Source: Myxococcota bacterium
GTDB taxonomy: Bacteria; Myxococcota_A; UBA796; CAJQPC01
Assembly: GCA_036012755.1 (NCBI GenBank)
Contig: DASCPX010000059.1
Coordinates: 1 to 64,000, forward strand
Direction of reading: 5' to 3'
DNA length: 64,000 nucleotides
The notes beneath the pieces were generated by a model, which saw only the letters and a list, made by a program, of their open reading frames with translations, made no database searches and was not told where the DNA came from. Below are positions 9,387-20,295 of the stretch, piece by piece (the first letter of the stretch is position 1; every line of letters begins with the position of its first letter). Position numbers and translations under genes: made by a program.

Positions 9387-10474
9387 TCGGAGTCGGTCGG
9401 GTGCATGTACACGTCGTGCTTGGAGAACGGGATCTCGATTCCCTGCGAGCCGAAGCGCTTGTAGATCTCTGTGTTGAGGCGGTCCAGGACGCGGTTCTTG
9501 TAGCGGGGATCGGGCACCCACACGAGCAGGTGGAAGACCAGGCCGCTGGCGCCGAACTGCACAAAGCGCACCCGCGGTCGGATGTCGTGCACCTTCGTGA
9601 CGACGCCCTCTGTGGACTCGGCCACGTCGTGGAGGATGGCCCGCACCTCGTCGATGTCGGAGCCGTAGCCAGCCTCGACGATGGCCTTGATCCGGAACAT
9701 CTGGTGGCGACCGCCGCTCTCGTTCACGATGCTCGCGTTGGCCATCTGGGCGTTGGGGATGATGACCTCGACGTCGTCGTTTGTCTGGATGCGCGTGGTC
9801 CGAATGCCGATGGCGGTCACGCGCCCGCGCTCTCCGCTCTCCAGCACGAGGTAGTCGTTCAGCTTGTAGGGCCGATCCGCGAGGATGAAGACCCCGGCGA
9901 AGAGGTTCGCGAGGGTGTCCTTCGCCGCGAAGCCCACCGCGATGCCGACGATGCCCGCAGAGGCCAGCCAGGCGCTGACGTCGACGTTCCAGGCCAGCAG
10001 CACGAAGTAGACGGCGCCGCTGTAGACGATGACCTGGGCGGCGATCTGGAAGATCGGGAGCGTCGCCTGCTGGACGATGCCCCGATGGGCCCCGTCCTCT
10101 GCCGAGAGGTGCTCCAGCACGGTCGTGCTCGTCTGCAGCGCGACCCTGCCGAGCCAGAACACCACGATGGTGGTGAAGAGCCCGCGCAGGGTGAAGCGGG
10201 TGGCGTCACCGACCGCCGCCACCTGGATGCAGTACCCGACGGCGCCGAGCAGGGGGGCCGCCGCCACCGGCTTGCCCAGGATGGCCAGGAGCTTGTCGTC
10301 GAGATCGGTCTTCGTCGCCTCGACCAGGCGCAGCACCAGGGAGCGCATCAGCAAGTGGAGGACGAGACCCAGGAGCGCAGCGACCGCCAACAGCACCGCC
10401 CCCCGCGCGGCGGGGTGCTCGAGGGAGCTCCAGGCCTCGAAGATCGAGGCCGCGCTGGTCTGGATCCTGGTCAT
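9383..10474 (-). CDS. Small-conductance mechanosensitive channel (MscS family)
   Basis: 'AGIVGIAVGFAAKDTLANLFAGVFILADRPY', 'IGIRTTRI', 'GIEIPF'. Confidence 0.92.
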   Translation of the reverse strand: MTRIQTSAASIFEAWSSLEHPAARGAVLLAVAALLGLVLHLLMRSLVLRLVEATKTDLDDKLLAILGKPVAAAPLLGAVGYCIQVAAVGDATRFTLRGLFTTIVVFWLGRVALQTSTTVLEHLSAEDGAHRGIVQQATLPIFQIAAQVIVYSGAVYFVLLAWNVDVSAWLASAGIVGIAVGFAAKDTLANLFAGVFILADRPYKLNDYLVLESGERGRVTAIGIRTTRIQTNDDVEVIIPNAQMANASIVNESGGRHQMFRIKAIVEAGYGSDIDEVRAILHDVAESTEGVVTKVHDIRPRVRFVQFGASGLVFHLLVWVPDPRYKNRVLDRLNTEIYKRFGSQGIEIPFSKHDVYMHPTDSE

Positions 10475-10494
10475 GGACCCAGGGGCTTAACCGT

Positions 10495-11532
10495 TCAGCG
10501 CCGACGCCTCAGGGCGAGGAGGCCAACCAGGCCAAAGACGGCGAGGTTTCCCGTGGTGCCGCCGCGCGTGCCGCAGCCACAGCCGCCGTCGACCTCGAAG
10601 GCCTCTGCGACGTAGTCGGTGGTCCCGTCCGGATGGACGACCTCTACGTCGTGCATGCCCGAGGGCAGCGTGGAGGGGGAGCGCCCGCTGATGCTGGAGC
10701 TGTCCACGACCCTCAACCCGACCACGTTGATGCCGCCGATGCGGGCCTCTGTTCCGTCGACGAAGCCGCCGCCGAGCACGACCACGTCGACCGACTCGCC
10801 GTAGGGAGCCATCGAGGGGGTGATGCTGTCCAGGTAGAAGTCAGCGTCAGCGTCGGCGTCGGAGTCTCCGTCGGCGTCGGTGTCCGAGTCGGCGTCGCTG
10901 TCCGCGTCGGCGTCACCCTCCGAGAGGTTCGGGCAGGCCTCGCCGTCGGTGTTGTCGGTCTCGATGCAGAGCCGCATGATCCAGTCGCCGATGGTCGTGC
11001 CGAGCAGCCCACCGACGTACTCGTTCGTGTACCAGTCGTCGCCGGCGCCGAGATCCCCGTAGATGTAGTGGTTGTTCTTGAAGTCCAGCCCGTCACCGTC
11101 CGCGGCGATCGTCGGGGTGCTGCCGTGGCCCTCTTCGAAGCAGAAGGCGATGACCACGTTTCCAGACTCGAAGTCGTCGAGGTAGATCTCGGCCTCTTCG
11201 AAGTTCAGGCGCTGCAGCGACTCCTTCGAGCCGCTGACGTTGAAGGCCTCCTCGCCGAGGCGGGTGCCGAAGGGAGGGGTGGTGCCGTCGGGGTTGTAGA
11301 CCGCGATGACGATGTACTCGGAGCTGGTCTCCGGGCCGAAGAGCACGTCGAGGGTCTTCGGCTTGAAGGGGTAGTCCTCCTCGTCCGGCTCGAAGACCGT
11401 CCCGGCGCATTCGTAGGGCAGGAAGCCCCCTTGGAAGACGACCTCGTCTTCGCTCTCGAAGGTGTCGTGGACCAGGTACTTGTCGAAAGCGTAGGCCGCG
11501 CTCAGCAGCACGACGGGGAAGACGAATCGCAC
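10495..11532 (-). CDS. Secreted protein with acidic DX repeat, IPT/TIG domain and MYXO-CTERM sorting tail
   Basis: Signal peptide; 'SITPS...VVVLGGGF...GMHDVEVVHPDG'; C-terminal 'GGCGC...LVGLLALRRRR'. Confidence 0.82.
   Translation of the reverse strand: MRFVFPVVLLSAAYAFDKYLVHDTFESEDEVVFQGGFLPYECAGTVFEPDEEDYPFKPKTLDVLFGPETSSEYIVIAVYNPDGTTPPFGTRLGEEAFNVSGSKESLQRLNFEEAEIYLDDFESGNVVIAFCFEEGHGSTPTIAADGDGLDFKNNHYIYGDLGAGDDWYTNEYVGGLLGTTIGDWIMRLCIETDNTDGEACPNLSEGDADADSDADSDTDADGDSDADADADFYLDSITPSMAPYGESVDVVVLGGGFVDGTEARIGGINVVGLRVVDSSSISGRSPSTLPSGMHDVEVVHPDGTTDYVAEAFEVDGGCGCGTRGGTTGNLAVFGLVGLLALRRRR
10840..10914 (-). repeat. Asp-X dipeptide repeat (DADADSDADSDTDADGDSDADADAD)
   Basis: Directly visible, 25 codons. 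Confidence 0.9.
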
Positions 11533-11562
11533 GGAGCTCCTCCACGGTCTGGACGGCCCAGT

Positions 11563-12024
11563 CTACTCCTTCTTCTTGAAGTCCACGCTGGCGCCGCCGA
11601 TGTTGACCTTGCCGCCCTTGATGCCGACCGTGCCCTGGCCGACCGACATCTCGAACTCGTCCCCGCCGCCGGCCTGGAAGGTCGCCGCGCCCTCCACGAC
11701 GTCGAAGTCCACCCCCTCTCCGCCTCCGGCGCTCGCCGTGACCTTGTCCTCGGCGATGGCGAGCCCGGCCTTGCCCTCTCCGGCGCTGGCCTCGACCCCC
11801 TTGTCGCCGATCTTGATGGAGGCGACGTCCTCGTCACCGGCAGCCTCGATCGCCACCTCGCCTTCGCCCGTCGTCGAGCCGCTGGCTCTCACCGTGTTGC
11901 CCTCGCCGTCGGTGACGACGACCTCTTCGCCGTCGATGGCGATGGTGCTGCCATCATCTGCTTCGAGCTCGATCGTGAGCTCGGCGCCATCACCACACCC
12001 GAGACAGAACAGCAGGCTCAGCAT
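11563..12024 (-). CDS. Hypothetical acidic Gly-rich lipoprotein
   Basis: SD GGAGG upstream; MLSLLFCLGC; short beta-repeat-like composition. Confidence 0.65.
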   Translation of the reverse strand: MLSLLFCLGCGDGAELTIELEADDGSTIAIDGEEVVVTDGEGNTVRASGSTTGEGEVAIEAAGDEDVASIKIGDKGVEASAGEGKAGLAIAEDKVTASAGGGEGVDFDVVEGAATFQAGGGDEFEMSVGQGTVGIKGGKVNIGGASVDFKKKE

Positions 12025-12073
12025 CTCTCACCTCCAGGATGCAGACACCGAGCCTACTCGAAAGCGGGACGAC

Positions 12074-14178
12074 TCAGACCTTCTCGTAGAAGCGTTCCCC
12101 GTTGGCCGCCATGCGCACCAGCGTGGCCGACGGGGTGTAGCGCTCACCTGCTTCCTCAGCGAACTCTCGCAGCTCCGCGACCAGCTCGGGCAGGCCCTGG
12201 CGGTCGATCCAGGCGAAGGGTCCGCCGGTATTCGGCGCGAAGCCGAGGCCGAAGATGGCGCCGATGTCGCCGTCACGATGGTCGCGCAGGATGCCCTCGT
12301 CGAGGATGCGCCCGATCTCGGCAGCCTGGGCCAGCATCAGGCGACGCTGCAGGTACTCGAGGCCGGTGGTCTCGGGGGTGGCCGTGACCAGCTCGGAGAG
12401 CCCGGACCAGATGCGGCGGGTCTCCCAGTCGTAGAAGCCCTGCTTCACGATCTTGCCGTTGCGGCCTGCCTCGACGAGGGTCTCCACCAGGCGGATGCCC
12501 GCGTAGTCGAGCTTGTCGCCGAGGATGAGCTCGCGGCTCTTGAAGGCCTTGACGCCGAGCGCCAGGCTGACCTCGTCGAAGACCTTCAGCGGCGGCATCA
12601 CCATGCCCTGCGACTTCGCGGCGAACTCGACGAGGACCGGGTCGTGACCCTCCGCGACGAGCTGGGCGCCCTCCATCAGGTAGGAGGCGAACAGTCGCGA
12701 GGTGTAGAAGCCGTAGCCGTCATTGACGACGATCGAGGTCTTCTTGATGGCGTCGCCGAAGGAGAGACAGCGCGCCAGCGTGCGCTCGTCGGTGTCCTCG
12801 CCGAGGATGATCTCCAACAGTGGCATCTTCTCCACAGGCGAGAAGAAGTGCAGCCCGATGAACGAGGCCTTGTTCTCGGCGGCCTCGGCCAGGCGCGTGA
12901 TCGGGATCGCCGAGGTGTTCGACGCCCAGACCCCGTCCTTGGCCAACAGCGGCTCGATCTTCCTGGTCTCGGCGTGCTTGATCCCGATGATCTCGGGCAC
13001 CGCCTCGATGACGAGGTCGACCCCCTCGAGATCGGCGTACTCCAGGGTGAAGCTGACCCGGCGGGTCAGGGCGTCTCGCGTCGCTTCGTCGAGGTGCCGG
13101 AGCTTCTTGACCTGGGCGACGAGGTGCTGCTGGGCCTTCTCGAGCTGCTCGGCGCTGACGTCCTTGACGACCACCTCGAGCCCGGCCTTCGCGCAGACGA
13201 AGCCAAGGCTCGCACCCATCATTCCCGCGCCCAGGATGGCGACCCTCTGGAAGCCGTGGGGGACCGCCGCGGGCTGGCCCTCGTGCTTGAGCACCGCGTT
13301 GCGATGGAAGAAGAAGGTGCGGATCATGTCCTTTGCCTGGTCGCTCGTGGCGAGCTTGGCGAAGTGTCGTCCCTCGACCTCCAGCGCCCGGTCGAAGGTG
13401 AGCCCGGTGCCCTCCTTGATGGCGTTGAGCGCAGCCTCGGCCGCCGGGAAGCACCCGTGGGTCTTCTTGTAGAGGAAGGCTGCTGCGCCGATGAAGATGT
13501 TGCGCGCCATCTCCGAGCCAGGCTGCACTCCGGCTGGGAAGGTGAAGTTGCTGCGATCCCAGGGCTGCTTGAAGCCCTTGTTCTCCCGAATCCAGGTGAC
13601 CGCCTGGGTGTGCAGGGTCTCCACATCGGGGGCCAGCGCGTCGACCAGGCCGATCTTCTTGGCTTTTGGTGCCCGCACCGGCCGACCCGCTGCGATGTGT
13701 TCCAGCGCTGGTTGCAGGCCGATGAGGTAGGGCAGGCGCTGGGTACCGCCGGCTCCTGGGATGACGCCCAGGCTGACCTCTGGGAGGCCGATCTGGATGC
13801 GCGGAGAGTCCAGCGCGATGCGGTGATGGCACGCCAGGGCCAGCTCGTAGCCGCCGCCGAGGGCAGCGCCCGTGAGCGCCGCGACCACCGGGACACCTAG
13901 GCTCTCGAGCCGACGGTAGAGCTCGTTGAGGCCAGTCGTCGCCTCGAAGATGACCGCCGGATCCCGCTCGCGGTAGAGGTTGTCGAGGTCGGCCCCGGCG
14001 CAGAAGTCCTTGTGCCCGCTGGCGACGATGACGCCTGCGAGGCCCTCTGTGGTCTCCAGCTGGGTGATGGCGGCGGTGACCGCCGTGCCGAAGGCCTCGC
14101 CGATGACGTTGGCGCGGCCCGGGAGCTTCAGGGTGAGGGTCGCGATGCCCTCTGAAACGGTGATGGTGTAGCCGGACA

Positions 14179-14179
<1 letters not shown>
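12074..14179 (-). CDS. Fatty-acid oxidation multifunctional enzyme (enoyl-CoA hydratase / 3-hydroxyacyl-CoA dehydrogenase, FadB/FadJ family)
   Basis: 'FCAGADL', 'ALGGGYELALAC', 'GLPEV', 'ILGAGMMG', 'ASNTS', 'GLHFFSPV'; ATG overlaps the thiolase stop. Confidence 0.93.
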
Positions 14180-15387
<1,208 letters not shown>

Positions 15388-15422
15388 CCGGTCTCCGGGA
15401 TTGCCTGGTGTGCTACGCGAAT

Positions 15423-15440
15423 TGCTGAGTAGGCTTAGTA
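15423..15440. promoter_or_regulatory. Imperfect inverted repeat between divergent thiolase and MarR genes (candidate MarR operator)
   Basis: TGCTGAGTAGGCTTAGTA, AT-richer than its surroundings. Confidence 0.35.
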
Positions 15441-15460
15441 TCAGTCCACAGGAGCGTCAA

Positions 15461-15907
15461 GTGGAGCTGGAGATCAGGCGACTGCAGACCGAGGTGTTGC
15501 TCGAGTTCTCTCGCATCGGGGGGCTGGTGGAGCGCCGTGTCCAGGCGGGTTTCGACGACCAGGGCCTGTGCATCACCCCGGCCCAGTCGCGGGTGCTCAT
15601 GATCCTGTTCCAGGCGCGTGACGCGCTCTCCCAGCGGGTCATCGCGCGCCGAATGGGCATCGCCGAGGTCACCGTCGGGCGCCTCGTCAAGTCGATGGAA
15701 GAGGGCGGCTGGGTCGATCGGAGCCGCGATCCCGATGATCGTCGGTGCTGGCGCGTGCAGCCAACGCGCCGCGCCCAGGAGGCTCTGCCGCAGTTCATCG
15801 CTGTCTCCAACGAGGTCCTCGATGTGCTCTTCGGGGAGCTCTCGAACGCCCAGACGCGGGACTTACACGACACTCTCAACGCGCTCAGGAGGAGGGTGGC
15901 TGGCTGA
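15461..15907 (+). CDS. MarR-family transcriptional regulator
   Basis: 'ITPAQSRVL', 'LSQRVIARRMGI..VTVGRLVKSMEEGGWV.R.RDPDDRR'; GTG start after AGGAG. Confidence 0.9.
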   Translation: MELEIRRLQTEVLLEFSRIGGLVERRVQAGFDDQGLCITPAQSRVLMILFQARDALSQRVIARRMGIAEVTVGRLVKSMEEGGWVDRSRDPDDRRCWRVQPTRRAQEALPQFIAVSNEVLDVLFGELSNAQTRDLHDTLNALRRRVAG

Positions 15908-15961
15908 ACAACGGCTGGAATCCGGCCTTGGTTCTGCGTATCGTCTCGCCAACCGCACTGG

Positions 15962-17524
15962 ATGAGCATCTTGAGACGCGGCACCCCCGTGGAATTGCTG
16001 TATCGAGCCCACCGTGCGGGGGAGGGCGGGCTCCTGAGTCTGGATGGTCCTTTCGGCCAGGCACGGATCTGGCTGCGAAAGGGCAAGGTCCAGTACAGCA
16101 AGGGCGTCCCGCTGGAAAAGCTGGTTCGAGTGCTCCCGGACGACAGCACCCTGACCGGCGACATCTTTCACGATGTGAGCGCTGCGATCGCCACCGGAGT
16201 GAAGGTCGAGGAGGCCCTGGATCTCGCGGCCGAGGACATCTCGCTCTACCTCGGCCGCGTGGTCCACGCCGGCGGCACGATGGCGACCTTCGACCCCGGC
16301 GCCGAAGCGCCTGATGGTGCCTTCCCGCTGCCGGGGGGCGCGCTGCAGATGCTCGCCGGCGGACTGCGTCGGGCCCGCCATCCAGACGCCGTGGCCGCGG
16401 CGCTGAAGGGGGAGTGGAACACCCCCATACGCGTCAACGTGCCTGATCCGAGCTGGCTCGCGGGCCTCGACTCCATCTGCCTGCGCACGCTCCGGGTCGC
16501 CCGCAGCGCAGAGAGCCTCGGTGACATCGTCCATGCGTCTGGCCGTGGCCAGGTCGAGCGCACCCGCCACGCCTGGCGCGCTGTCGACCTCCTCGTACAG
16601 CTTCGGCTGCTGCGCTTTGGCGAGTCCGAGCCCGACTGGTCCGATGACATCACGGGGCCGCTGCCAGAGGTCAGCCGGGACTGGGACCCGGCAAACCTAC
16701 CCGAAGACGTGACCGGGGACGTCCCCGTCACCGCCGAGCTCCTGGGGGCGGAGTCGAACCCCGAGCCCCCAGGCGGCGTCCTCATCGAAGAGGACTGGGA
16801 CGACTTCGACACCGAGCCGACCGAGCCGCTCCCAGAGGGGGTCTCACTGGAGGCGGAGATGGCGCGCCTCGGCGCGCTCTGCATCGAGATCAACCCGCTG
16901 ATCATCCTGCAGCTGTCGTTCCAGGAGCTCCATGGACCGCTGACGCGGGAGCGCATCGATCTCGCCTACCGAGAGAGCGCCGCGCGCTTCTCGGCCGAGG
17001 CCTTCGCGGATGCCACTCCGGCCCTCCAGGGGTCGGCGCGGTCCTTCCGCGCCCTGCTGAAGGAGAACCACGACGCTCTCCGGAACCGGACCATCGTCGC
17101 CGCCTGGCTGCGCGACCTCCGTGCCTTCGAGCGCCAGAACGTCCGGGTCGAGCTCGACGACGAGGTGGCGAGCGAGCGGATGTACTCCGACGGTCGCGCC
17201 CAGGCAGCCGACCGGGACTGGGAGGGCGCGCTGCACAAGCTGAACACGGCGCTGTTGAGGAATCCGCTCGCGACGCGCTACCGCATCCTCCACGTCTTCC
17301 TCCTCGTGGCCACCCGTCGCCTCGGGGCTGACGACGGCGTCATGAACCTCGACGCCCTCGATCTCGAGGATCCCTGCGCGATCGCACAGGCGCAGGTCAC
17401 CGCCGGGCGCTTGCTGAAGGCGGCGGGGCGTGATCTCGAGGCGCGGGCCCGGTTCCGCGCCGCGCTGCGGCTGGATCCGAGCCGTGAGGACGCACGGGCA
17501 GAGGTGCTGAACTTCGGTCAGTAG
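15962..17524 (+). CDS. DUF4388-like / acidic linker / degenerate J-domain / TPR protein
   Basis: N-terminal 'ELLYRAHRAGEGGLL'; J-like 'PLIILQL...IDLAYRESAARF' lacking HPD; C-terminal TPR 'ARARFRAALRLDP'. Confidence 0.6.
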   Translation: MSILRRGTPVELLYRAHRAGEGGLLSLDGPFGQARIWLRKGKVQYSKGVPLEKLVRVLPDDSTLTGDIFHDVSAAIATGVKVEEALDLAAEDISLYLGRVVHAGGTMATFDPGAEAPDGAFPLPGGALQMLAGGLRRARHPDAVAAALKGEWNTPIRVNVPDPSWLAGLDSICLRTLRVARSAESLGDIVHASGRGQVERTRHAWRAVDLLVQLRLLRFGESEPDWSDDITGPLPEVSRDWDPANLPEDVTGDVPVTAELLGAESNPEPPGGVLIEEDWDDFDTEPTEPLPEGVSLEAEMARLGALCIEINPLIILQLSFQELHGPLTRERIDLAYRESAARFSAEAFADATPALQGSARSFRALLKENHDALRNRTIVAAWLRDLRAFERQNVRVELDDEVASERMYSDGRAQAADRDWEGALHKLNTALLRNPLATRYRILHVFLLVATRRLGADDGVMNLDALDLEDPCAIAQAQVTAGRLLKAAGRDLEARARFRAALRLDPSREDARAEVLNFGQ

Positions 17525-18411
17525 CTCTGGCAGCAGCGGAGCCCGACCTCCGGTCCCGGGACGCCACCAGTCGCCGCGCTCGTCAGCAGCTCCTCCTCCG
17601 TCGCAGAGCCCCAGGATCCTCCGCGCGCCTTGGCGTCCGCGCCCCACTCCGCGACGTTGCCCGCGGCGTCCAGCGCACCGACTGGCGAGACCCCGGCGGC
17701 GCGGCTCCCGGTCGAGGCCGTTCCGCCCTTGCCGCATCCGGGTCCCCCCTGGTCCATCAGCACGACGCCGCAGTCGGGCGGCGTCTCGCCCCAGGGATAG
17801 GCATAGCCCTGTGCCCCCCCGGCGAGGCGCCTGAACTCACCCTCGCGGCAGAGCCGCTTGTGGCTCCACTTGCAGAAGGTCGAGGCCTGCTCGAAGTCGA
17901 CGCAGTTGATCGGGTGGGACTCCTTGCCCGCGATGCCCCAGTTGCAGCCGTCGCCGCCGGCGGGTTCCTTGCAGGTCCCAGCCGTCACGCAGGCCTCGTA
18001 GAGGCGCACGGGGACCTCGGTCCGGTCAGCCAGGAAGGGGGCCATGTTCGTCCCGCTCACGCCCGGGACTCCGATCATCTCGCCGTTGAGATCCTCGCAG
18101 GACAGGAGGCGGTGACCGTGGGCCTTTACCGAGTTCGCGTACATGCCTGGCGGGCACGCCATCGCCCACACGAGGGTGGGGACCTCGCCGACTCCACCCG
18201 TCTTGACGGGGTTCGGCACGTTGTCCTCCCAGGGCCCGCTACGCTCGACGGCGTCTGCCTCCCAGGAGCTTCGCTCGGTGCGCTCCTCTCCGTGCAGCAG
18301 CCCGGCGCTCCAGGCGATGGCCAGGAAGCCGAAGGCCGGGATGCACAGGCCCACGATCCCTATGGCCACTTGCAGGGGCTGGGGGAGTCCAGTCACCAGG
18401 TTGATGTTCAC
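17518..18411 (-). CDS. Membrane-anchored FGE-sulfatase (SUMF1) domain protein
   Basis: TM segment; 'DRTEV', 'HPINCV', degenerate 'KRLCREGEF', 'YPWG', 'DAAGNVAEW', 'RGGSW', 'GLRCC'. Confidence 0.8.
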   Translation of the reverse strand: MNINLVTGLPQPLQVAIGIVGLCIPAFGFLAIAWSAGLLHGEERTERSSWEADAVERSGPWEDNVPNPVKTGGVGEVPTLVWAMACPPGMYANSVKAHGHRLLSCEDLNGEMIGVPGVSGTNMAPFLADRTEVPVRLYEACVTAGTCKEPAGGDGCNWGIAGKESHPINCVDFEQASTFCKWSHKRLCREGEFRRLAGGAQGYAYPWGETPPDCGVVLMDQGGPGCGKGGTASTGSRAAGVSPVGALDAAGNVAEWGADAKARGGSWGSATEEELLTSAATGGVPGPEVGLRCCQSY

Positions 18412-18718
18412 GAGACCGCCCTCGGTCCTTCGTGGCTCGAGGTGGTCCGCCTCGCGCGCGCCCCGTCAGCGCGTACACCAGCGTCTGGCCGAGAGCGTAG
18501 AGATCGCTCCGTGCTCCGCCCCCCCCCCATCGCGGTCTCCGGGGCCGCGTAGGCGTCGTCGGCCTTGAGGCCCTCGTCGTCCGGGACCCCTCGCCCCGTG
18601 AGCCGCTTGAACACGCCGAGACTGCCTGTCTGACGGTCCTTGACCTTCCAGGAGGGCCCCCCGAGCTGCTCCAGCACCTTGTAGCGATCCCGGATCAGCG
18701 TTCCGGTTGCCAGCTCCA
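18412..18718 (-). pseudogene. Miniaturised, frameshifted Ser/Thr kinase-like remnant
   Basis: 'IRDRYKVLEQLG' and 'YAAPE' in one frame; 'SDLYALG..L.YALTG' in another frame after a G10 run (18519-18528); no catalytic loop or DFG. Confidence 0.6.
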
Positions 18719-18764
18719 TCGGAAGGTATGATGCACCGGATCCCATGGATGCCCTCGCTACACG

Positions 18765-20246
18765 ATGACTGGGAACCTCGTCTGGATCCTGTTCCGGGCC
18801 CATCACGACTCGCTCTCCGGCGCCATCGAGGTCCGGACGGCACCAGCCGCGAAGCCCACCGCGCGTGTCTTCGTGCGGGGGCGAAGAGCGGTGCACGTAG
18901 AGGGTATCGGCGGTCTCTTGAGCGATCTCGCGGGCGAGCTGCCGAGCAGCCAGGCCCTGACTGGGGAGCTCGCCAACGACGTGCCCGTCTGCTTGGCGCT
19001 CGGCATTGGCCTCGACGATGTCTTCGCTGCCGCCTGCGCCGGTCTCGGTCGAGGGATTGCGACCCTCGCCCAGGATCCGGGTCTCCACTGCAGCTTCGAT
19101 CCAGATGTCCAGGCCCCCGGCGGCGCCTTCCCGCTGCCCACGGAGTTCCTCCGGTGCTTTCACCGAGGCCTGCGGGAGATCCGGGACGCCGACGTCGTGG
19201 CTCTGGAGCTGCAGACGGCGCTCGACAACCAGATCCGGATCACAGGAAGCCCGGACGACATCGAAGAGTTCGGGGCGATCGTCCTTCGCGCGATGAAGCT
19301 GGCGCGAGTTGAGAACACGCTGCGCGGCCTGATCGCGTCGAGCGGCCGTGGCCAGCCGGGCCGGACGCGGGAGGCCTGGTTCGCCGTCGATCTGCTGATG
19401 CAGCTCGGACTGCTCCAGGTCGAGGGCTCCCCCGTCGCTCGGGCTTCCGCTGCCAGGGGGCCCCGGGCACGAGCGCGAGCCGAGGAGCGCGCCCGGCGCC
19501 TGTCGGAGGAGGTGGTGAGCGCCCTCCCCCACCGACCCAGGTTCGAGGCCGACGACGAGGCCACCGACGTCTTCGCCATGGGGGAGGACACGGGCGACCT
19601 GGGCGAGCAGAGCGTCGATGACCTGGACGAGGTGAGCATCGAAGAGGATGACGAGCCGGACGGAGCGTCGCACACGATCGACTGGCCGGCGCGCCCGGCA
19701 TCCCGGGTCCCCAGCGCGGATGTCCACGGTGGCCTTCACGAGGCCGACGACGAGGCCACCGATGTCTTCGCCCTGGGCGGCGACGATGACTTCGAGGATC
19801 TGTCCGACGACAGCATCGAGTACCTCGACGACGACGAAGAGTGGGAGGACGACTCTGGCGAGGAGGAGGGCGATCCCGAGTCCCTGTCTGCGTTTGTCGA
19901 CGTGGCCGAAGAGGAGGACTGGGAAGACGACCTCGACGACGATGTGCTCGCCGAGACCACGCCGGACCAACCATCCGAGCCGCCACGGCTGCGCCCGCTG
20001 GCGGACGTGCCGGATCCGACCTCGCCGGATGACCCCACAGAGGGTCTGGACCACCCCGATGCCCGGGAGCTGGTCGCCCGGTTCCACGAGCTGCGTGGCG
20101 CGAGCCCCTTGGCTGTCCTCGACGACGCCCGCGAACGCTTCCGGTGGGCCCTGAAGCACGACCCGAACCACGTCTCTGCATCTCGGGAGCTCGAGGAGGC
20201 CGAAGAGGGTGGAGCTCCACTCTCGGGCCTCTTCGGACGCGACTGA
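18765..20246 (+). CDS. Paralogue of 15962..17524 (DUF4388-like, long acidic region, single TPR)
   Basis: Shared motifs 'FDP...AP.GAFPLP' and 'SGRGQ..RTR.AW.AVDLL.QL.LL'; C-terminal 'ARERFRWALKHDP'. Confidence 0.65.
   Translation: MTGNLVWILFRAHHDSLSGAIEVRTAPAAKPTARVFVRGRRAVHVEGIGGLLSDLAGELPSSQALTGELANDVPVCLALGIGLDDVFAAACAGLGRGIATLAQDPGLHCSFDPDVQAPGGAFPLPTEFLRCFHRGLREIRDADVVALELQTALDNQIRITGSPDDIEEFGAIVLRAMKLARVENTLRGLIASSGRGQPGRTREAWFAVDLLMQLGLLQVEGSPVARASAARGPRARARAEERARRLSEEVVSALPHRPRFEADDEATDVFAMGEDTGDLGEQSVDDLDEVSIEEDDEPDGASHTIDWPARPASRVPSADVHGGLHEADDEATDVFALGGDDDFEDLSDDSIEYLDDDEEWEDDSGEEEGDPESLSAFVDVAEEEDWEDDLDDDVLAETTPDQPSEPPRLRPLADVPDPTSPDDPTEGLDHPDARELVARFHELRGASPLAVLDDARERFRWALKHDPNHVSASRELEEAEEGGAPLSGLFGRD
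19544..19777 (+). repeat. 39-bp direct repeat (19544-19582 and 19739-19777) encoding EADDEATDVFA(M/L)G
   Basis: Two near-identical copies 195 bp apart. Confidence 0.85.
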
Positions 20247-20295
20247 GGGGCAACCCGGCCGTTGTCACGCCCGCTTTCGCGGCTACGCTGGAGAG

